Shown: in pieces, positions 58,827 to 64,000 of the stretch | How positions within the stretch are numbered: position 1 is the stretch's first letter | How the letters are laid out: every line of letters begins with the position of its first letter | NCBI GenBank assembly: GCA_964533495.1 | Contig: CAZHJU010000003.1 | Location: forward strand, 18,995-82,994 | DNA: 64,000 nt | Source: an uncultured Bordetella sp. | GTDB taxonomy: Bacteria; Pseudomonadota; Gammaproteobacteria; Burkholderiales; SG8-41 | Direction of reading: 5' to 3' | Program-made: the position numbers and the translations under genes | The notes under the pieces: generated by a model | Database searches by the model: none | Told to the model about the DNA's origin: nothing | The model's input: the letters and a program-made list of their open reading frames with translations, nothing else

Positions 58827-59795
58827 ATGCATCACGTCCTGTGTCACATCATCACCGGCATCACGCTGGCATGTGCAACGTCCGTCGCAATCGCGCAGGC
58901 GTATCCGACCAAACCGATCCGCTTCCTGGTGCCGAGCCCGGCCGGCGGCTCCCCGGACATCCTCGCCCGCATCGTCGGCGCACGCCTGTCAGAGCAGATG
59001 AAGCAGCAGGTGGTCATCGACAACCGCGGCGGCGCCAGCGGCATCATCGGCGTGGAGATCGTCAAGAACGCCGCTCCCGACGGCCACACCTTGCTGCTGG
59101 CGACCGCGACGAACTTCGCCTCGCTGCCCGTGCTGAAAAGCAAACTGCCCTACGACGTCGATCGCGATTTCACGCACCTATCGCGCATCGCCTGGGTGGC
59201 GAACGTGGCCACGGCCAATGCCGGCCTCGGCGTCAATTCCGTCGCCGACCTGGTGAAACTGGCCAAGGACAAGCCGGGCCAGCTCAACTTCGGCTCGGCG
59301 GGTAACGGCACGCCGGCCCACCTGGCTGGCGCCATGTTCAACGTGCTTGCCGGCGTGAATACCACGCACATTCCCTACAAGGGCGCCGCACTGGCGCTGT
59401 CCGACATGATGGGCGGCCAGATCCAGTTCCTGATCACCTCGCCGCTGGTGGCGATACCGCACGGGCGCGCCGGGCGCATCAAGGTACTGGCGACCACCGG
59501 CGCACAACGCGATCCGCTGCTGCCCGAACTGCCGGCCATGGCCGAAACCGTGCCCGGTTACGAAATCGTGCAGTGGTGGGGCATCACCGTCGCCAAAGGC
59601 ACGCCGGCGGCGATCACCCGGCGCCTGCACAAGGAACTGATAGCCGCGCTGAACCATCCGGACTCGAAGGCGCAAATGAACAAGAACGGCGCCACTCCCA
59701 GCCCCGAATCACCCGGGCAATTCGCGGCATTCATGAAAGCCGAACGCGCGCGCGTCGCCAACGTCGGCAAGCAGGCCGGCATCCGGCTCGACTGA
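58827..59795 (+). CDS. Bug/TctC-family periplasmic solute-binding protein
   Basis: 322 aa, GGGAGGAG SD. Signal peptide ...SVAIAQA, then TKPIRFLVPSPAGGSPD, FGSAGNGTPAHL, HIPYKGAALA. Confidence 0.9.
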   Translation: MHHVLCHIITGITLACATSVAIAQAYPTKPIRFLVPSPAGGSPDILARIVGARLSEQMKQQVVIDNRGGASGIIGVEIVKNAAPDGHTLLLATATNFASLPVLKSKLPYDVDRDFTHLSRIAWVANVATANAGLGVNSVADLVKLAKDKPGQLNFGSAGNGTPAHLAGAMFNVLAGVNTTHIPYKGAALALSDMMGGQIQFLITSPLVAIPHGRAGRIKVLATTGAQRDPLLPELPAMAETVPGYEIVQWWGITVAKGTPAAITRRLHKELIAALNHPDSKAQMNKNGATPSPESPGQFAAFMKAERARVANVGKQAGIRLD

Positions 59796-59803
59796 GGCGC
59801 CAT

Positions 59804-61282
59804 ATGACCCAAGCCGCCAACCTGATCCTGTTCCAGTCCGACAACCACAACGGCCAGATCACCGGCTGTTACGGTCACCCCTTCGTCAAGACACCGACCA
59901 TGGATCGCATCGCCGCGGGTGGCGTGCGTTTCGCCAGCGCCTACTGCACCAGCCCGCTGTGCTGCCCCTCGCGCTCCAGCCTCGCCACCGGCCGTTACCC
60001 GCACCAGACCGGCTACTGGGACAACGCGCTGACCTACGACGGCCGCATTCCGACCTGGCACCACCGGCTGCGCGAGCAGGGCCACACGGTGACCGCTGTC
60101 GGCAAGCTGCACTACCGGTCCGGCGAGGACGACAACGGCTTCACCGAGGAAATCATCCCGATGCACCTGCACGAGGGCAAGGGTGCCATCAAGAACCTGC
60201 TGCGCGGCTACGGCTCGGAGCCGCCCAAGGACGACGGCAGCTTCTGGAAGCTCTACATCGAACGCTCCGGCGTCGGCGCGACCCATTACCAGGACTACGA
60301 CCGCAACATCACGCGCGAAGCCGTGGCCTGGCTGCAGAAGCACGCGCACGGCAACGGCAAGCCCTGGGTGCTCTACGTGTCCTACATCAGCGCCCATCCG
60401 CCGTTCACGGTGCCGCAGCGTTTCTGGGATCTTTATGCGGAACGCGACATGCCCCTGCCGCCCGCCTTCCGTCCGGAGGAACGCCCCGAGCACCCGGCGA
60501 TGGAATTCCTGCGCCAGATGGACGGCATGCGCGTGATGACCGACGAGGCCGCGCTGCGGCGCATCGCAGCGGGCTACTTCGGTCTGATTACCCACCTTGA
60601 TGAACAAATCGGCGAGGTCATGAAATGCGCGGAAGAACTCGGATTGCTGGCCAACACCCGCATCGCCTATACCAGCGACCACGGTGAGCTGTTCGGCGCG
60701 CAAGGCCTGTTCGGCAAGAAAAACCTCTATGAGGGCGCGATCAAGGTGCCGCTACTGATTTCCGGTCCCGGCGTGCCCCGGGGGCGCGTGGCGCAGCAAT
60801 TCGCGTCGCACGTCGATCTCTTCCCGACCATCGCTGCGGCCGTCGGCGCCAGGCTCGATGCGGCCGACGCCGACCTGCCGGGGATCGACCTGTGGCCGGC
60901 GATCGGCGGCCGGGAAACCCAGCGTATTGCCTTTGCCGAATATCACGCACAGGCATCAAAGGCCGGTGCCTTCGTGCTGCGCGACGGCGCGATGAAACTC
61001 ATCTATCACGTCGGCATGCCGGCGCAACTGTTTGATCTGGCAAAGGATCCTGACGAAACCCGCGATCTGGGTGCCAGCACCCCGGAAATCGTTCAGGCGC
61101 TGGAGAACAAACTTCGCGCCATTTGCGATCCCGAAGCAATCGATCTCCGCGCCAAAGCCGACCAGCGCAGGGCCGCCGACGCCTGGGGAGGCGCTGCCAG
61201 ACTCCTCGGTGAAACACAGATCCTGTTCACCCCGCCACCCGGGGTATCCAAGGAAGAGGCCTGGAAAATCCCATCCGGCTGA
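59804..61282 (+). CDS. cytoplasmic Cys-type sulfatase-family hydrolase (paralog of 57233..58690)
   Basis: ATG 59804 in ORF 59573..61282, 492 aa. NLILFQSDNHN, CCPSRSSLATGRY (CxPxR), TSDHGELFG. Shares the YWDNA-TYDGRIPTW-HRL-EQGH-V-GKLHY block with the first sulfatase. No signal peptide. Confidence 0.85.
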   Translation: MTQAANLILFQSDNHNGQITGCYGHPFVKTPTMDRIAAGGVRFASAYCTSPLCCPSRSSLATGRYPHQTGYWDNALTYDGRIPTWHHRLREQGHTVTAVGKLHYRSGEDDNGFTEEIIPMHLHEGKGAIKNLLRGYGSEPPKDDGSFWKLYIERSGVGATHYQDYDRNITREAVAWLQKHAHGNGKPWVLYVSYISAHPPFTVPQRFWDLYAERDMPLPPAFRPEERPEHPAMEFLRQMDGMRVMTDEAALRRIAAGYFGLITHLDEQIGEVMKCAEELGLLANTRIAYTSDHGELFGAQGLFGKKNLYEGAIKVPLLISGPGVPRGRVAQQFASHVDLFPTIAAAVGARLDAADADLPGIDLWPAIGGRETQRIAFAEYHAQASKAGAFVLRDGAMKLIYHVGMPAQLFDLAKDPDETRDLGASTPEIVQALENKLRAICDPEAIDLRAKADQRRAADAWGGAARLLGETQILFTPPPGVSKEEAWKIPSG

Positions 61283-61323
61283 GCTGGAAAATGAGTGGCA
61301 AAAAAGCGGGGACGGAGCCGGCC

Positions 61324-61352
61324 AAAAAAAAGGGCGCCGGGGAAGCGCCCTT
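61324..61352 (-). terminator. orphan rho-independent terminator oriented on the minus strand (no minus-strand CDS upstream of it)
   Basis: Stem AAGGGCGC/GCGCCCTT (61330..61352) with a 7-nt loop. The plus strand has A8 at 61324..61331, giving a U-tract on the minus strand. On the plus strand the stem is followed by TTGAGGATCC. Confidence 0.7.
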
Positions 61353-61392
61353 GAGGATCCTGCATGCGTTTGCTCACGTTTCGCACAGGCCA

Positions 61393-61419
61393 TTGATTTT
61401 TAGGGGATTTAAAAATCAA
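61393..61419. promoter_or_regulatory. perfect inverted repeat TTGATTTTT-N9-AAAAATCAA upstream of oxyR
   Basis: 9-bp arms at 61393..61401 and 61411..61419, in an AT-rich island 63 nt upstream of the oxyR ATG. Candidate operator or RNA hairpin. Confidence 0.45.
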
Positions 61420-61481
61420 CAGTGGCCCGGCACAACGCTCACGGAAACTAGACCCGGGGTTTCCGGTAAAGTTCCGCCGCC

Positions 61482-62414
61482 ATGACCCTCACCGAACTCC
61501 GCTATATCGTCGCCGTAGCCCGCGAACGCCACTTCGGCCGCGCCGCGGAAACCTGCTTCGTCAGCCAGCCGACCCTGTCGGTGGCCGTCAAGAAACTCGA
61601 GGAGGAACTGGGCGTGCAGCTGTTCGAGCGCGGCACCGGCGAAATCACGGCAACCCCCGCCGGAAACCGCGTGGTCGAGCAGGCCCAGCGCGTGCTCGAG
61701 GAGACCGAGAAAATCAGGCGCCTCGCCAAAACCACGGGGGATCCGCTCGAAGGCCCGCTGAAGCTGGGCGTGATCTTCACCATCGCCCCCTACCTGCTGC
61801 CGCAGCTGATTCCGGTGCTGCGCCGGCGCGCGCCGAAGATGCCGCTGATGCTGGAGGAAAACTACACCGCCACGCTGTCCGAGCGCCTGAAACGCGGCGA
61901 CATCGATGCCGCCATCGTGGCCCTGCCCTTCAGCGAGCCCGGCATCACCGTCACCCCGCTCTACGACGAGCCCTTCGTGGTGGCGATGACCAAGACCCAT
62001 CCCTGGGCCGCGCGCAAGTCGATCCCGGCCGACGAACTGGCCCGCGAGAGCCTGCTGCTGCTGGGCACGGGCCACTGTTTCCGCGATCAGGTGCTCAATG
62101 CCTGCCCCGCGCTGAACCGCTCCAGCGCGACCCGGGGTTCCCTGCAGAAAACAGTCGAGGGATCATCGCTTGAAACCATCCGCCTGATGGTGGCCTCGGG
62201 CATGGGCCTCACCGTGCTGCCGGCCTCGGCGATTCCGGTCCGGCGTGCCGCCTCCGACCTGCTGACCTACGTCCCGTTCTCGCGTCCGGTTCCGGACCGG
62301 CGGGTGGTGCTGGTCTCGCGCTCGAGTTTTCCCCGCACCGCGGCGCTCGAAGTCATCCGGCTTGCCGTGGGGCTTTGCGCGCTCAACGGCGCAAGCCCGG
62401 TAAAGCAGAAATAA
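61482..62414 (+). CDS. oxyR: LysR-family hydrogen-peroxide sensor/regulator OxyR
   Basis: 310 aa. MTLTELRYIVAVARERHFGRAAETCFVSQPTLS wHTH. Redox Cys pair in LLLLGTGHCFRDQVLNACP. Followed by dps. Confidence 0.9.
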   Translation: MTLTELRYIVAVARERHFGRAAETCFVSQPTLSVAVKKLEEELGVQLFERGTGEITATPAGNRVVEQAQRVLEETEKIRRLAKTTGDPLEGPLKLGVIFTIAPYLLPQLIPVLRRRAPKMPLMLEENYTATLSERLKRGDIDAAIVALPFSEPGITVTPLYDEPFVVAMTKTHPWAARKSIPADELARESLLLLGTGHCFRDQVLNACPALNRSSATRGSLQKTVEGSSLETIRLMVASGMGLTVLPASAIPVRRAASDLLTYVPFSRPVPDRRVVLVSRSSFPRTAALEVIRLAVGLCALNGASPVKQK

Positions 62415-62453
62415 TTTTATTAAACAACCACTTAAGATATTTTTGTCCATTGA

Positions 62454-62468
62454 ATAGTCATTGACTAT
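62454..62468. promoter_or_regulatory. candidate OxyR half-site in the dps promoter region
   Basis: ATAGtcattgaCTAT matches the ATAG-N7-CTAT core of the OxyR consensus (from memory). It lies in the very AT-rich oxyR-dps spacer (62415..62609). The second half-site is poor. Confidence 0.35.
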
Positions 62469-62624
62469 CTGTTAATTCAACATAATTAATTGGATTAATA
62501 AAACACGGCCGCCTATCATGCACCTCAGGCGCTGCAGGGCGCGCCGAAAGCGGCGTAAGCTGCAAATGGCATCCCACCCCGCGCGGAACAGGCACAATCA
62601 CTGCACACGATGAAAGGAATCGAC

Positions 62625-63107
62625 ATGACGAAAACCGCAAAAATCGACATCGGCATCGGGGACAGGGACCGCAAGGCGATTGCGGACGGCCTGTCGCGAT
62701 TGCTGGCGGACACCTACACGCTGTACCTGAAAACCCACAACTTTCACTGGAACGTCACCGGCCCGATGTTCCAGACGCTGCACCTGATGTTCGAAACCCA
62801 GTATAACGAGCTGGCGCTCGCCGTCGACCAGATCGCGGAACGCATCCGCGCGCTGGGCTATCCGGCGCCGGGAACCTACGCCGATTACGTCAGGCTGTCC
62901 TCGATCAAGGAAACGCCGGGCGTGCCGAAGGCGGAAAAAATGATCGCACTGCTGGTCGAAGGCCAGGAGGCCGTTGCCCGCACCGCGCGTTCGGTGTTCC
63001 CGGTGGTCGACAAGGCCAACGACGAGCCCACCGCCGACCTGCTGACCCAGCGCATGCAGATCCACGAGAAAAACGCCTGGATGCTGCGCAGCCTGATCGA
63101 GAAGTAG
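62625..63107 (+). CDS. dps: Dps-family DNA-protection/ferritin-like protein
   Basis: ORF 62610..63107; ATG 62625 preferred (AAGGA SD). [31 protein letters not shown] ferroxidase-centre region. Confidence 0.9.
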   Translation: MTKTAKIDIGIGDRDRKAIADGLSRLLADTYTLYLKTHNFHWNVTGPMFQTLHLMFETQYNELALAVDQIAERIRALGYPAPGTYADYVRLSSIKETPGVPKAEKMIALLVEGQEAVARTARSVFPVVDKANDEPTADLLTQRMQIHEKNAWMLRSLIEK

Positions 63108-63132
63108 GCGGCGACCGGGCACGGAGCACACC

Positions 63133-64000
63133 ATGGCCGAGATGATCATGACCGCGCGCCGCCTCGCCGCCGAGCCTTCCTGGCAGCGGCTGGCGGCGTT
63201 CATCGTGCTCGCCGTCGCGGCGGTCGCCGCCGCGATGGAACTCGCCGCCGCCGTGCCGGCGAACGAAGCGGTGCGCGCCGCGCTCGCCGCGACGCTGTTC
63301 ACCGCGCTCGCCACCGGCGCCGGCGCATTGCCGGTGCTGGTGATCCGGCGGATTTCCGACGCGGTGCGCGACACCCTGCTCGGCTTCGGCGCCGGCGTGA
63401 TGCTCGCCGCCAGCTTTTTCTCGCTGCTGGTGCCGGCGCTGGAAAGCGGCGCGGCGTCCGCCGGCGGCCCCGTCGGCGGCGTGCTGATCGCCGCGGCCGG
63501 CGTGGTCATCGGCGCCGCGGTGCTGATGGTCAGCGACCGCTGGATGCCGCACGAACATTTCGTCAAGGGCCGCGAGATCGGCCAGCCTCCCACGCCGGAG
63601 AACGCGGCCGGACTGTGGCTGTTCGTCACCGCGATCACGCTGCACAACATCCCCGAAGGCCTCGCCGTCGGCGTCGCCCAGGGCAGCGGCAGCGGCGCCG
63701 CGATCACGCTGGGCATCGCCATCCAGAACATGCCGGAAGGCCTGATCGTCGCCGTTGCGCTGGTCACGCTGGGTATTTCGCGCTGGAAAGCAGCCGCGCT
63801 TGCGCTCGCCACCGGCATGGCCGAGCCCCTCGGCGGCCTCGTCGGCGCCGGTGCGATCGGCTACGCCGCGGCGATGCTGCCCTGGGGGCTCGCCTTCGCG
63901 GCGGGCGCGATGCTGTTCGTGATCAGCCACGAGATCATTCCCGAGACCCACCGCAACGGCAACGAGCGCGTCGCGACCATCGGCCTCATCGGCGGTTTTG
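63133..64000 (+). CDS. ZIP-family divalent metal (zinc/iron) transporter, 3' end outside the window
   Basis: Not in the ORF track because there is no stop before the window end. My own translation from ATG 63133 gives MAEMIMTARRLAAEPSWQRL..., LHNIPEGLAVG, IQNMPEGLIV, SHEIIPETH. Open to base 64000. Confidence 0.8.
   Translation, partial: MAEMIMTARRLAAEPSWQRLAAFIVLAVAAVAAAMELAAAVPANEAVRAALAATLFTALATGAGALPVLVIRRISDAVRDTLLGFGAGVMLAASFFSLLVPALESGAASAGGPVGGVLIAAAGVVIGAAVLMVSDRWMPHEHFVKGREIGQPPTPENAAGLWLFVTAITLHNIPEGLAVGVAQGSGSGAAITLGIAIQNMPEGLIVAVALVTLGISRWKAAALALATGMAEPLGGLVGAGAIGYAAAMLPWGLAFAAGAMLFVISHEIIPETHRNGNERVATIGLIGGF

Noticed and set aside
62415-62609. The very AT-rich oxyR-dps spacer as a remnant of a mobile element or an att site.
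   Set aside because: There are no flanking direct repeats or integrase, and the flanking genes are intact. The location and the ATAG-N7-CTAT element fit a stress-regulated dps promoter better.

Overview
High-GC proteobacterial chromosomal segment (GC judged by eye, not computed). About 56 protein-coding genes tile almost the whole window. The most lineage-informative feature is nine paralogous Bug/TctC (tripartite tricarboxylate transporter, TTT) solute-binding protein genes with no TctA/TctB membrane partner in the window. This pattern is typical of Burkholderiales-type betaproteobacteria. Most Bug genes sit next to a distinct enzyme module: LVIVD-repeat protein, twin TauD/TfdA dioxygenases, a Mo-hydroxylase + UbiD operon, malonyl-CoA decarboxylase, a sugar-acid-like dehydratase/dehydrogenase operon, and twin cytoplasmic sulfatases. 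Housekeeping genes include gltIJKL, rhlE, typA, tamAB, an Mla/MCE-type lipid transporter, nrdJ, crcB, and oxyR-dps. I found no rRNA, tRNA, CRISPR, transposase, prophage or recognisable defence genes, and no clear-cut new multi-gene 'system'. The most interesting items are: (1) a 379-codon LAGLIDADG intein inserted at the catalytic NPC motif of class II ribonucleotide reductase; (2) a compact CoxG-FAD-MoCo-FeS-UbiD-Bug operon of unknown substrate; (3) a SET-domain methyltransferase whose start overlaps the stop of a catabolic operon gene; (4) a short bacterial MIOX-like HD-domain oxygenase; (5) an orphan minus-strand intrinsic terminator plus a perfect inverted repeat divergent from oxyR, a positional OxyS-like sRNA candidate; (6) a 45-nt AT-rich patch inside a GC-rich ABC binding-protein gene. 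Functional calls rest on motifs read from the supplied translations and on family knowledge from memory. No database search was run.
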